Assembly (NCBI GenBank): GCA_964016885.1
Contig: OZ024747.1
Span: forward strand, 38,998,001-39,062,000
DNA: 64,000 nucleotides
Source: Eledone cirrhosa
Lineage: Eukaryota
Direction of reading: 5' to 3'
The translations under genes and the position numbers were made by a program. Shown here in pieces: positions 1 to 13,544 of the stretch. How positions within the stretch are numbered: the stretch's first letter is position 1; every line of letters starts with the position of its first letter. A model generated the notes under the pieces. The model made no database searches, had not been told where the DNA came from, and was given only the letters and a program-made list of their open reading frames with translations.

Positions 1-2736
1 ATTGATTCAAGAACACGGTCTAAAATCACTACATTACTTTTGAGGACTTTTCCAAAGAGACCCCAGTTGATATTACACATCAGAATAACTTTCTCTTCTC
101 ATGCCTAGGATCTTGCAGGCCATGATACAACATATGTTTCTCCTACTCCGAGGAATTAATAATAAAAGTTACTGTATACTTACATCTGTTATACTTTACC
201 ATCTGGTATGTAAAACATATCATATCCTCATAAAACATGACTAAATGCCTGTGATTCATTATCCTCTCATATCTCATTCCGGGGATTATACTAAAGCAAT
301 GTGTTTCGTAAGCAACAACACTTTTTCTTGTCTGAGATACGCTGTGGAAGTGACGTTTGCTTCATCTCCATGAATGTTGGACAGAAATAAATTGTGAAAC
401 CATAATTAATAGTTTGCTACAGTAGGCATTTTGAGTTACGCTTATGTTTTGTGAAATTTTATATAGGGGGAATTTGATAGATTTTACACATGAGAAACAC
501 TGGCTTTCCATGCTAATACTTCAATATGTATATCCTAGTTTAGTTTTGTAATTCCAGTGTGTGAGAGAAGGAATGTGAGCAAGACAGATTAATAATTAAT
601 TTTTCTTAGACTTACCTGATTAACATCATTAACATACTTGTACATCACGACACAAATACATCAATGTAGGGAGCTGGGAAAATAGAATATTAAAATGATT
701 TATTAGTTTGATAATTATCCCTTCTGAATGAAAATTGCAGTATGGTGAATATCGGTGTTCATTTTATCCAGCACCAGTAATATCCTGGAATATATTTGAT
801 GGAATATCCATTGAGGATATACTAATTAGTCGGTATGATTAGTAAAAAATATAGCAATATCGGAACAAAATATCAGATAATTAAATGAAACCCTGTCTGC
901 ATCAATCTTTTCATGTTACATCGTTTATAACCAGATTCTCAATAAACAACTTTTCTAAACACGATAATAGAAGCAGATTTTAAATCACACCTACACCCAC
1001 CTGCACATCTACGCGTACGTACGCACGTTTACACATGCAAGTACATACCTATGTAATATCACACGTAAACCCATATACATGCACCGGTGCAACCACACTT
1101 ACAAAAGCTACACTTACACATATGTTAATGATTTACATGGTTCAAATTTTCTGGTTCAAAACTATTTAAGAGAATGCTACCGAGTAGGGCGATAAATATA
1201 TATTATCAGAAATATTTACCATACCACACATTGAACACTACCATACATACCAACCGAATTACTGTGATTAACAATGCAGTATTAACAAAATGACTCCGGA
1301 TCCCTCCTCTAATTTCGTTGAGTTAAACATGATTGATACTCAATGGGACATCCTATATATTGAATCGCATTACTATTCATGTGTTTATAAACATACATGT
1401 ATTAATTAATTTGGCTTAGTATTTTCCATACATATATATGAATGATGTTTTATATACAATTTTAATCAAATAACCATCATGTTTTAGTGTAACATGCGTA
1501 AAAAGTTTCTGTTCAAAGCCTAGGTAAAATCTCAGTAAAATTTATGAAAAATGTTATCATATTGCATCTCAGCTTTCATCTTAGATTCAGGACGATCGAC
1601 GCTTAATATATTTGATGACATAAAATAAAAATGTATTCGTTCCGTCTCGCTATCTCTTCTTTGTCTTTCTTTATTTTCTTTATTCATATATTGTTTTAAT
1701 TCAGTTTCGCAGTAGACGAATGCAAATATTGTTCGAGCAGCAGAAAACATTGCTCGTTAAGTTAATGTGCAAATGACCGAACATTCCCCAAACATGCGCC
1801 ACATTAAAGTAGTTCTCAGGGTAAGTCGGTTTGAGACAATGTATGAACAGGAAAATATTGTAGTACTATAATTGCAACGCATTCTTCAAATAAAAGGTTG
1901 CCTTTTTCATAGAAACAACTTACCACAAGGAATCAAACTCATCACGTAGAAATCGTAATCCAAACAGCGCAAACCTTGTTCCACAATACGCTACCATTGA
2001 CATTCTAATGTCAAGATATTTATAATATAGATTTCGTTCAAAGTATTTGACATTTTACTTCGTCTTTTGTATCCTAACCATACTGACAATATAATCACAT
2101 TTACTCTAATTTTTCATTTGTAATCAATCAGAATAATTCTTGTATTGGTCGTTATTTCATAAAACCTACCTTATTAATGTTGTCCCTGTTCTATTCTTCA
2201 AAATCTTTTTCGAAATGAGAGGTGAAATTCGGTGACATTATGTTGAATTTGGACAATAAATATATTTTTAAATGTACTTCCTATTTAGATTAAAACAAAC
2301 AAAAGCATTAGAAACCACTGCTACAAGATATTTTGCAATTTCTGTGCAACATGTTTAGGAAAATGACCTTGTGACAACAGAAAGGAGATGTAATAGGTTC
2401 AAACTATGTAACAGAAACGCACATTAGGACGGCTTTCAATTTTGCTATCCCTAAATTTAAACTTAACGTTGATTATGATGCAAAATCCATATGACTCTCA
2501 TTATTCAGACCCCTGAAAGTATGCGTAAATAATTATGCTAAGATATAAGTCCTGCATCTCGTTATTAGTTGACCGGTTAATATTCAAAATTAGTTTTAAT
2601 ACAATAATTGTATATCAGTTAAGATTCACAAAATATGTGGACTTCTTCATTTGTATCGTATGCCATTGCTGCTTTTCTAATGATATGTTGTATATGTTTA
2701 TAATCCAAACGTTTAAACAACATTATATCAATGGTA

Positions 2737-2920
2737 GGCGGTGGATTGGCAGTATCGGTAGAGGGTCGGACGCCATGCTTTCCAGCATAGTTACGTCCCT
2801 TTTCGATCTGAGTTCAAATCCCGCCGAGGTTGACTTTGCCCTTCATCCTTACAGGGTCGATAAAATAAAGTACCAGTAATGCACTGGGTAATTGCTGGCC
2901 TTTTGCCTAAAGTAGAAACA
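2737..2920 (+). mobile_element. tRNA-derived SINE with Nin/Deu-type central domain, full length
   Basis: A-box-like TGGCAGTATCGG, B-box GAGTTCAAATCC, core GCC(C/T)TTCATCCTTAC(A/G)GGGTCGATAAAATAAAGTACCAGT, tail GTAGAAACA; 15-bp TSD ATTATATCAATGGTA (2722-2736 / 2921-2935); many copies in window. Confidence 0.9.
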
Positions 2921-3650
2921 ATTATATCAATGGTACACATTAGTTTAGAACAAACGAAAAATACGAATAATGCCCGTTTAGCGGAACATCTCACTAAAAT
3001 CTTTAACATATATTCCTGGAAATATTGATATTAGAGTTAGTTATGTAACTGATTTTTGGTGTAGATGTTCATTATCAGTTAACAGTTCATTTGGGGAAAG
3101 GTAGATAAACATATTCATATTGATTTTGTTTACATTATTAATAAACGCTATCTCATTAAAAGACGCTATTGATATCTTGTCATCATAAAATTCGATTCAT
3201 CAAACGTTCGCTAAGGATTTATGAGTCTATTTTCGATTATAATCCAATATCTGAAAATATTTACAGTTGATTAACCTGACATTCTCTTTGAAAATACTTT
3301 CTCAGTTGAACAAAAACAATATTTTCTGTAATCAAATATGTCGTCACCATTGAACTTTCCTTTCATATCATATACATTAAGGATTCTGTGAGAAATGTAT
3401 GACATATTTTGAGCGAAATAAAGTCATACCAGTGAAATATGAATCCAATCAATGTTGTTGGTTTACGGAATAAATACAATTAAGGTCATAAATTGGCTGA
3501 AACTTAAATCCTGTGAAAGAATACATAATGCCAGTTCACTTTCTGATAAGCCTACCCGTAATGATTTAAAATATTTTCCGTTAAATTTATGACGCGAAAT
3601 ATTTGACAGAATGAATGTTTCATTTAAATCGACATCAATACTTGACAAGT

Positions 3651-3833
3651 TTGGCAGTATCGGTAGAGGGTTGGACGCCATGCTTTGACGCATAGAGTTA
3701 CGGCCCTTTGCATTCTGAGTTCAAATCCCGCCGAGGTTAACTTTGCCTTTCATCCTTATGGGGTCGATAAAATAAAGTACCAGTAATGTACTGGGTAATT
3801 GCTGGCCTTGTGCCAAAAGTAGAAACAATTATT
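3651..3833 (+). mobile_element. Same SINE family
   Basis: Near-identical to 2737-2920 (A box, B box, core, tail). Confidence 0.9.
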
Positions 3834-4180
3834 TTATCAACTCGAAAATTGTGGAAAAAAAGCAAAAAATGTGTGGTATTTCTTCAAAATAATAATAAAA
3901 AAAATCGGAAATAACCACGAAGTGTTTTAATCAACGATCTAAAGAATTTTTGAATCCTCAGCTATATTGCTTAATTAAAGTGCAAGTTATGGATTATATT
4001 GATATTGAACAAATTAAATTAGTTCTATTTCATTCGCCCAATACATATATACACACGTACGTGCTTACACACACATATATATACATATTCCTATATCTAT
4101 ACATATATGTGTTCATACACACACATGCACAGACACCCTCCGCACGCACACACACACACACACACACATATTTTTGAAAA

Positions 4181-5308
4181 GGGAAGTGAGATTCTATACA
4201 AAACAGTGGTTATAGGGAAATTGGGAATAGCACGAAAAATATGTTTACGGGTCTGTTTTTCTTTTTTTCATTTTTTCCTTTCTTTGATTCGTCAAAATGA
4301 CATTATTGAAAAAATGAGAGGGACAATTCTTTTAAAGAAGAGTTTTCTAATGTGTATAAGGTATATAAAGTATTACCGGTTTCGATGTATTAGTAAAATT
4401 CATCATATCAAATGTTGAGTATTACAAAAAGAATTAATAAGAATTAAAAACTAAAATTTAAAGATTTAAAATTAAGTGCTGAAGGAAGTTTTTTCATCTT
4501 CCTTGTTGAGAAAGAGACTGGAAAAATGAAGAGAGGTGTAGTCATGATAGTAGTAGCAACAGTGGTGGTAATTGGTTTTTTTCACACAGAACAACATTGT
4601 TTTTATGGAGAGGAAGATATTATGTAAATATGTGTGTGTATCTCAATTATGTTAATGGACTGGTCAAGACTTCAGCCGGGGGAGGCGAAGAGGGGTTTTG
4701 TAACCTAGAGACAAATTCTATGGGTTTGGCAAAGATAGGGTTTTAAAGGAAATTCTATTTTTGGAATATGGTTTTAGAGAGTATGAGTGTGTACGTGTGA
4801 GAGAATATATATAAAATACACATATGTGTGTTTGTGTGTGTGGGGGGGGGGGGGGTGTATGCATGTGTGTGTTTCAGCCTGTTTGTCACAGGTCCCTTTG
4901 TGGTGGGAAATTAAAAAAACAGAGGAAAGCATCAGTGGTGGCTTTCAATCATGCATTTTTTGAAAATATGTGTATGAGCAATTTCTTTCTTATTTCGTGG
5001 TGCGTGAGGGTGGGGGTTTGGGTGAGAGAGAATCTAACGGGGTTTATTACATATTTAATTTTTGTTTAAATCGGTTAATAGATAGTTTTTATTTATTTTT
5101 TATTTATTTTTTATTGTTGAGTGAAAGAATCGGGGCACTTGTAAATGGGAAGATTTTAAAGTTGGGTAGGGTCATTCCTGCACAATCTGCAATGTGACTA
5201 CTTAAGGGGACTTTTCTTGTGTTTACGTCTCGGATTTGTTGGCGATGGATGGTCATTTTTTGCGTAATGAAAACCCGTCTGTCCCATATAGTTATGTCGA
5301 CAGCCATA
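4181..5308 (-). mobile_element. Penelope-like element 3' fragment (GIY-YIG C-terminus plus 3'UTR/pLTR)
   Basis: Minus ORF 5104-5307 MTIHRQQIRDVNTRKVPLSSHIADCAG matches the end of the PLE at 30.9 kb; UTR blocks align with 31200-32293; decayed hammerhead 3' half CATC-GAAA-CCGG-TA at ~4374-4387. Confidence 0.8.
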
Positions 5309-5489
5309 TATATTTATACATGCCTGTATAGATATAGGTATAGGCATATATATATATGTATATAAATATGTACCTAAATATATGTATTGAGCGAAAGAAA
5401 TAGGTCATTTAATTCTTTCAATATTTATATCATAACGCACGATTAAAACAATATATACAGTACATACAAGCACACACACACACACACTA

Positions 5490-5552
<63 letters not shown>

Positions 5553-5575
5553 TTGATGGAAAGAGAGAGAGAGGA

Positions 5576-5615
<40 letters not shown>

Positions 5616-6723
5616 ATTATCTTCCCTTTTATAACTGAACTGCATTAAATGATATGTCATCAGAGACAGTGTATTTGCTTTTTCATGTTTCACATGTATA
5701 TGTCTCTAAGCCTTAAACCAATTAGACCTTTATACTAGTAGCGTGTGAAAAATACTTTTTTGTAGAATATCAACATAATATTATAAGTCTTAAACGTGTC
5801 ATTTATTAGTTATAAAGCTTTCTTAAATTCTTACTTTACTGACGTGTGAATTGATTTCTATTATATTTCCGAAAATCAAGCTATTGAATTCCTTTAGCGT
5901 GTAATTCTCATCTCTTCATTAATTGAAGTATTATAGAATGTTTTGATGCCCTTGGCGTATATTCTTCTATTAAATTTATATTTTTATTTGACCTTCTTTG
6001 AGAAAAAGGAAACTGAATTAACAATTTTCTCCCTACCATTTTTAATTTTCGAAATTAATATAAGAAGTGGATCTTAACAAATGAAATATTATTGAAAACA
6101 AGCAACATGGTGTTTTAAAATCAATGATGTTAGCCTTGTTCTAAAGGAAAAGGAAAAGGAAAAGCTGCACACAATATTATTCAACATCTCGTGTTTTATC
6201 GGTCGATATATTTTCTCAGAACCTATAATTGAAAAGGATAGAAAAGGAAGTGAATGTTTCAACATTAAAATATCGACCTAAGTTTTATGGGTTATTTTAT
6301 CAAATGATTGTCTACAAAAAATGTATTACTTCTTGAACTATTTCGCTTGAAACTTTGCCATAAAGGAAACAATAACGAGAAAGGAATAGCATTTAAACTG
6401 TAGTTTTGTGAACTCTATTTGAATGTGTGATGTCAAAAAACTGTATTGGTAATTTCAAATAAAAAAAAAGCTATATAATTATAGAATGTAACAAACAATT
6501 TGATGATACGTCATAAAACGTATTTGTTAATGATTATGTAGTGGGCGAATCACAGTTGTGATTTAGGAACATTCCAAAAATATCATATTCACATTACTCC
6601 ACACTTCTGTGACCTAGTTAAATGCCCGAACCCACTGCACCCCATTAAAACAGGGACCATATATAAGTAAGATGTTACACATACTTGCCCACACCTAATT
6701 ATAAATGTACGGAAATTCACGCA

Positions 6724-6727
<4 letters not shown>

Positions 6728-6803
<76 letters not shown>
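6728..6803. repeat. (CA)n microsatellite
   Basis: Pure dinucleotide run. Confidence 0.95.
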
Positions 6804-6805
<2 letters not shown>

Positions 6806-7900
6806 ATTATTTGTCATTTGCTACAACAAGATGTAGTCATAAACATCTTCCAATACCAATCCACCTGAAAGCGACTTTGAAACTGACGAAAGATCATTTG
6901 TTTTAATGTGATTCTTTTTTAATTTAGACATTTCAATATAATTTTCTGTATATTAAGAATACCTTTTGAGATTCTGTCCTCAAAACAAGCTTAACAATGC
7001 ACATAATAATTAAAAACCAAACGAAAGTGCATAGAAGTATTTTTGTGTATTTGTAAATGGGTACGTCGGCTCTTCTGTAATTTAATTGTTTCGGTTTGAA
7101 TAGATGATCTCCATTAACGACAATTAGTTATGAAATGTCAGTCTGAGGTTTACTAAATTCAGTTAGTTAATACTAACACTATGAATAAATTTGAATTATG
7201 ATTTGGTTAATGCTTGCAAATTGCAATGTACAAAAACCAGGTGAGTTGATTATATGACTTACTCTTGATTGCAGTTACTCTCTCTGAACAAGTGAAAAAC
7301 ATGACAAATACTGGTTAACTAGATTGCTTATTTGTTACAATTTCTAAAGAGAAAAAGCATCAATATTATTTTGAGATGACTATTGCTGCTGAGGAGAGTG
7401 TAGCGAAGATTGTATTAAGCAGATTTTAGATCAGAAAAATATAATTTCTCATTTGCAGAAAAGAAAAACAGAGCAGAGGGAAAAGATGGATCAAGAAAAA
7501 TTCAACTTAAGTTCGATTAAATATTAATGATTTCCCATACACTGGTATGGGAAAGATAGATGTCTTACCGTTACGCAGCTTATTTATTAGAAATGTTTTT
7601 TCATGTGTTTTCAAATATCTTATATATTTTTTGTATTGAAAACTAAGTTTGATATTGATCTTAATGTGCCTAAACATGAAAATCTGGTCTACAACGACTG
7701 TCACTACTTAAACAAATATGAAAATGCGGATATATGTAAAAAAAAGTATAGCTACATAACCTTACACGTGACGCGCGCACACACACATATATATATATAT
7801 AGATGGTTACCAGTCGGAGTTTAGCGTTAAGCTATCTCTGTTATTGTATTATATATATATATGTTATATATATAAATGTTATAAATATATATGAACTCAC

Positions 7901-8077
7901 ACATTACTTAGATATATTTTCCCACATGCTTCTCTGGGGCCTTTTATTTTCAACAAAGGTTCTAGCAAACATAGTAATCCCACCTTTTCTTCTCCCTTTT
8001 TCTTTGCCACCCTCAAACTTAGACATGAGTGCTCCGAGCTTCGAATTTAACATATCTCCACCGCCTGTTCCAGCAGC
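7901..8077 (-). CDS. Candidate coding exon of an unidentified gene (AAGTGGGDMLNSKLGALMSKFEGGKEKGRRKGGITMFARTFVENKRPQRSMWENISK*)
   Basis: TATAG acceptor, 57 open codons in phase 0, TAA, then GTGAGT donor 3 nt later; no homology recognised. Confidence 0.3.
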
Positions 8078-9997
8078 CTATACGTATTCATAATAATTCC
8101 ATGAAAGAAATATTTCCCCCCTGCTAATATGTAATTAAGGAGTTCTTTAACACAACCTTAACACGATCACATTAAATGCACTAAGGAATAGGTGTAAATC
8201 AGCACGTCCCTTCTGATTTCTAACAGAAGCATCACAAATTCTAGGTTTAACAAACGCCGGTTATCATTAAATGGACCATATGTCTATACTGTGACAGAAA
8301 TTATTGAAGTCCAAAATCGTTTTAATGGAGAGAATCTTTTACTTTTTGAAAAGTTGTTACTCTATGGAATATGCAAGGATTATATTCATCTAATGAAATA
8401 TTTCATCTCACATTGTTTAGTATGCTGCACCCCTAAAACTGTCACCGAAATATTTTTCCAAGAATGGTTCCAAAGGTATGGTAACGTACTTTACTAATTG
8501 CACGTAAAAAGTCTCTCGACCTTCCAGCAAAGCCTCGCAGATTCATAAACACATTCTGCAATCCTCATCGAATTAAAATTAATTTCCATAATGCAGATTA
8601 GAGTGTTTGTTCCAAGCTTCTACTCAGCTGCCTCTGCTACGGTCAGATAATTATAGATCATCGTCATAGTTCTTGTTTAGTTCATTTCAATTCTAACTGA
8701 AATAATATTCCCAACCATGGTCATACCATGGTTGAATTATATATTCTTTTTTGCTCCTTTCACAAACAATCCGTGTATTTTCCTTGTATTTTCTGTGTAT
8801 GAATTAATTGGAAAAGGTTGTTGTTGAAGGGACTACAAACGAATAAATCTCTATCCAATTAATAATATTATACTCAGCCTTTCAATTTTAATTCTGTCCA
8901 TTTCGTTAGAGTTGTTTTTCCGTTGAGCGCTGGTTATAAATGATCAGTTTCTGAAAGTAACTGCTCTTGAATTTATTTATGGTTTCCAAAAAGGAAAAAT
9001 ATATTTAAGCAAAGAACGAGCAGTTTTATGCAGCACACAGTCACTATAGATAAATTCCAAAGCATTTCGTAAGTATATGTACAATGAAACTCCAGTGAAT
9101 CAGTTGTTGAATTTGTAATATGTAAAAAGAAATCAAGATCTAAACTTGGCTGAAGTGATAAAAAGTAGTGTCTGCGAAGATGTGACTAATGCACTTAAGA
9201 AATCGATGTAAATAATAAGTAAAATAAACTGAAACTATAAAAGTGATGTAAGGAAATGTTCAATGATTATCTTTAATCCAGGTCCTCCAAATGCTAGACA
9301 GTAACCTTATGTTTTATATGCTTAGTAGACATGGATTAATGTTATATAATTGTACTGATGATTGGAAATAAAGTATAAAAGTGACGCAATGTCATCGCAT
9401 ATTGTGTATCGGACAGTAATGTCAAATACTGAATTCGAACGACATTCTGCAACATATGTTGGGCTTTGTCTATAAAAGTCAAAGAATTGATTATGTATTC
9501 AAAATTGATTCAGAGAACTAATTAAAGTCGATTAAAGTTGTTCTATAATAATATTTTAATTTATATTATATTTCTCCCCATTACACTGATGAGTGTTAAG
9601 AAAAAATGAACACAAAATCATCAACAATAAATAATTAAGATTCTCTAGGCACGAAGCTTACTACTAATATTGACGTCATCCCATACGTTGAAAATGATAA
9701 ATTTTAGTTGAAAAATGTAATTCGATGTGCGATCAAATAATATTATTAACTATTGATTAAACTACGCCCTGAAATGATAATCTGATATGCAACTATGGAA
9801 TATCGTCAATATTTATTGAAATTTAAAGGTAAGTATCAACAGAATGCGTGTGATAACGACTTTAGGATTCGGGTAGGCAGAAATAAGACGCCTTACATAC
9901 TATATTAGACAAATTAAGGACACAGTTACAGATCTATTTTGGATAGCTTGCCAATTCGGTAACGGCTGATATTACCACTCTATAACACAAAGAGATT

Positions 9998-10031
<34 letters not shown>

Positions 10032-10096
10032 TGTTATTATTTTTACTATTGAATTACTTCGCTAGTTTCGCTTCTTTTTCATTATTATTATAAGTT

Positions 10097-10163
10097 AAAA
10101 TAAAGTACCAGTTATGCACTGGGATAATTGCTGGCCTTGTGCCAAAAGTAGAAACAATTATTA
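10097..10163 (+). mobile_element. SINE 3' fragment
   Basis: AAAATAAAGTACCAGT...GCTGGCCTTGTGCCAAAAGTAGAAACAATTATT matches the SINE tail. Confidence 0.85.
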
Positions 10164-11099
10164 GTATTATTTTTATCATTATAACAACGATAACGAGATA
10201 AATGATGACAATACGGTTGTTTTTTAGAATGTGCCGTTGATAAATATTTGTCCGTCTATTCTGTATAATGATATTGATTGTTATTTAGGTTGATGTTATC
10301 AAAAATGTTTTAATAAATGATTCCTACACTAAATTTAAGAGAAAACAATGTCTTCCCTTGAAATTACAGCGTGTATGTCTCCTCTCGTAAAACTCCCAGA
10401 AATCTTAGTTTCTCCTTCAACGACTAGACTCCATTTTGCTCATTCATTTCACCCTATATAATTGAATATCAACAGCAGCTATGGTTGCAATAGATGTTAT
10501 AATGTCTGATAAAATTGTTCGCGGTATCTATTCGGGCTGTATACCTTTTAGGTTCGAATTCCATTTTGTTCAACGTTGCCTTTCAAAGCGTAATTGTTGG
10601 CTCTGCACATAAATGCTGGTAATATTATGCAGGTTCAATTTATACGTTTTTCTGAAGATTCACTATTAACATACACATCTAACAGTAGAAGAAACACGAA
10701 AGCCCTCATCAGGTTTACTTCATGGAAGTTTACTTTCGTATATGAAAGTGGCATAAGAAGTGCATCCTCGTGTTGTCTTTTATAAGATCGCGTTTACTAA
10801 AAATATTTTAGAGGAATTTGGTAGACTTCAACTGCTGAAGGCTACTGTGAACATGCATGCATTGATACATAACTAGATACATATTCCCTAATTTAGTAAT
10901 TTCCGAAATAGGAAGCACAAAATAAAATACCTCGCTAAATTAAATAATTGGTTCATTAAAGTCCTAACCTCAGTTTGTCTGCCCTCCAATAGCTGAAGCA
11001 ATTAAGATAATGAAAGTGTAATTACATAAAACTGTAAATTATAATATGCATAACATTAATGGAATTTAAATAATTACAGAATGGAAGTTTACTTTCGTA

Positions 11100-11420
11100 T
11101 ATGAGATGTCTGAATGGTAGTGTAACGTTGTTGAGATCGAGAGAGTGGATATAATGTTTGAAAACCTTCAGCTTGACGGTTGATTGAAAGGGTATTCTGG
11201 TGAAGAAGGATCGTGAAACATTTAGACAATTAGACCTGACTAGATGTCGCATCATCTGTGATAGATCGGATGCGCAGAGATGATTGTTGATGCTGAAAAA
11301 TAGGCAGAATATAGACAGAGCTATAGGCCATGGTTAGTAATACTATTCTGAGGTACTTCATGAAATTCAATTTGTTGAACGCTGAGGAGAATGCAATGAA
11401 ATATAGCTTTAAATGTAGTA
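11100..11420 (-). mobile_element. Highly decayed LINE (CR1/L2/Jockey-like) 3' end
   Basis: Minus translation SRSFFTR...LKVFKHYIHSLDL resembles the SFFxRT...FK C-terminal motif of LINE ORF2. Confidence 0.35.
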
Positions 11421-13004
11421 GCAGCATCATATTCGATTCAGGGAATTTTTTTCACTAGGTATCACAATTTAATTTTGTATACGATAAATACATGCTGAAG
11501 ATTTGTTCCAGTTGGTATCATTTCATTTTTGCCAGGTGACATGATAATATATCTACTTAAAATAGCTATTGGTTGAAAAATATAACACAAAGAAAACATA
11601 ATACTTGTTATTTCGACAATACTTGTTATTTCGAGTGATTGCCCGTCTCGTTCTATATCCTTCACTCTTCTTATGATATAATATCTCACACAGAATACTC
11701 AAAATGTAAAAGAGGGAAACAATATAGCATTGCCTGATATTGAAGAATCAGTGATATCGATTTATTTGTAAATAACAGTATTATTGATTTCTTACAAAAT
11801 CACAAATCCTTTGATTTATAGGATAGAGGAAAAGGAAAATAGAAGTTCCCGAATAATAATTGACAGAGACGTGAAGTGAAAAACAACAACACGCGTGAAT
11901 AAATAAACCGCGGGATAATATAGTCAGACAAACACACTTCCGTATATGGTACACGTGCCGATAACAATGACGAAGGGTATTATTAAATTGATAAATGAAT
12001 CTATTAACTGACATTCCTTCCTATCTGCCATCGTTTATGCTACTCTGTGACAATTATCATTTTCTAATAAATATTTTTTTTTTATGTCATACGAGACACT
12101 TTAGAAGTGACATAGTAGTAAAACATATATTGATAAACGAAATGAAATTCTATAATTATAAGTGGATACTTCCTATGAAACACTCGATTTATAATTAGGG
12201 TAAGAGATTATAATTTACACATTAAGTAATTTATAAGAGTAAATGTCAAACATATGATTATATTTTTATAACATTACAACGATGATCTGACACAAATCCA
12301 GTCACACATTGAAAAAGAATTGCAATTCAATATCTTGTATTAGAAAGTTACGTTTAGGCAAGATCTAAATCCTTCTCTAGTTTATGTATTTTTGTGAAAC
12401 AAGAAACACAAACAATAACATAACTCTTGTATTGCCAGGCTGGTGTTAATTAGTTAATAAACATATACACGAACATACTAAAATAAAGGAATATTATTTC
12501 AGAAACATTTATTCTGAAATAACGATGAAACACTTCTTGTTTTAATAGTGTTAACATCTCACGTATGACAATAGCATTAAAGAGGTTTCCACTAATAACA
12601 AAGTTCTGGAATTTGTAGTATAATTGCCTATATAGATTCACAAACATTTGTTTCAATTTCCTCCTATAATAATTCATATAAAAGTCTCCCTGTGATGATA
12701 TTAAAAGAAATGTTCATTAATCATCACACATCAACTCATAAACATCCATCACGTGAAAAAATATAATATCTTTGCAAAATGGCGGATTTCAAAACGTATT
12801 TGAAACATAACTACGCATTTGAAACATAACTACTGACTGGAAAAAAATATTTATTTCTAAAAAATGTGTTTATGATATCATAATACATAGAGACAAAACC
12901 ATAAAAAACATGAACTGACGAGTCGTATGACAGACAAATTTAAGTTATAATGTGTCGAACAATCCAGAAAATTACCTCATACTATATATATATATATATA
13001 TATA

Positions 13005-13534
13005 TTGTATGTATGTATACGTACATACATATATCTATACAGAGGTACAGTAGTATGTATATATATATACATACATGCACATATATATATATATATGCAC
13101 GTATCGGTTTGCCGAACATTTATTATAATGCTCGGTTTGTTTGTTTGTAAACAAACAAACAGCCCGAATTACGCCGTACAGTGTTTAGGTAACCACGTCA
13201 CCTTTTTGTTCAACAATGACACAGGAACGATGTACTAGTTTCAAGCTTATTAGCTATCGTCAGCATCGTATACCTTCCTGCCAGATGGTTGAACGTCTGA
13301 AAGTATATACTTTCCTTATGCATATTAACGGCTGAGCAGCCTAATTTGCATATCGAGTGAGTTCGGTAAAACGATACGTGCATATATATATATGTGTGCA
13401 TGTATATATATATATACATACTACTGTACGTCTGTATACATATATATATATGTACGTATACATACATACTTACATTTAAGTAAGTGCCGTACTAAGAGTG
13501 ACAAATGAAATTTCGTTTCATTCTATTCCATTTA
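13005..13534 (-). mobile_element. Non-coding hammerhead-containing repeat (retrozyme-like unit) with an inverted partial copy, flanked by (TA)n
   Basis: Clearly homologous to 54155-55254; 13362-13534 is the reverse complement of the unit start; no ORF. Confidence 0.85.
13227..13269 (-). ncRNA. Minimal type I hammerhead ribozyme
   Basis: Minus strand ACGATG-CTGACGA-TAGC-TAATAA-GCTT-GAAA-CTAG-TA-CATCGT: 6-bp stem I, intact core, palindromic stem III. Confidence 0.9.
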
Positions 13535-13544
13535 TATATATATA

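Noticed and set aside
1713-1826. Plus-strand exon-like segment with GTAAGT donor
   Set aside because: Stops in all three frames; could be UTR or chance
2737-2825. SINE heads as tRNA genes
   Set aside because: A/B boxes present but no cloverleaf; continuous with SINE core, tail and TSDs
6568-6672. Possible small plus-strand exon (TFQKYHIHITPHFCDLVKCPNPLHPIKTGTIY)
   Set aside because: Short, weak acceptor, no recognisable homology
9583-9630. CTGATGA-GTGTT..AACAC-AAAA hammerhead-like motif
   Set aside because: GAAA absent and no stem I/III pairing
12910-12948. CTGACGA-GTC-GTAT-GAC hammerhead-like start
   Set aside because: Followed by AGAC rather than GAAA; stem I unconvincing
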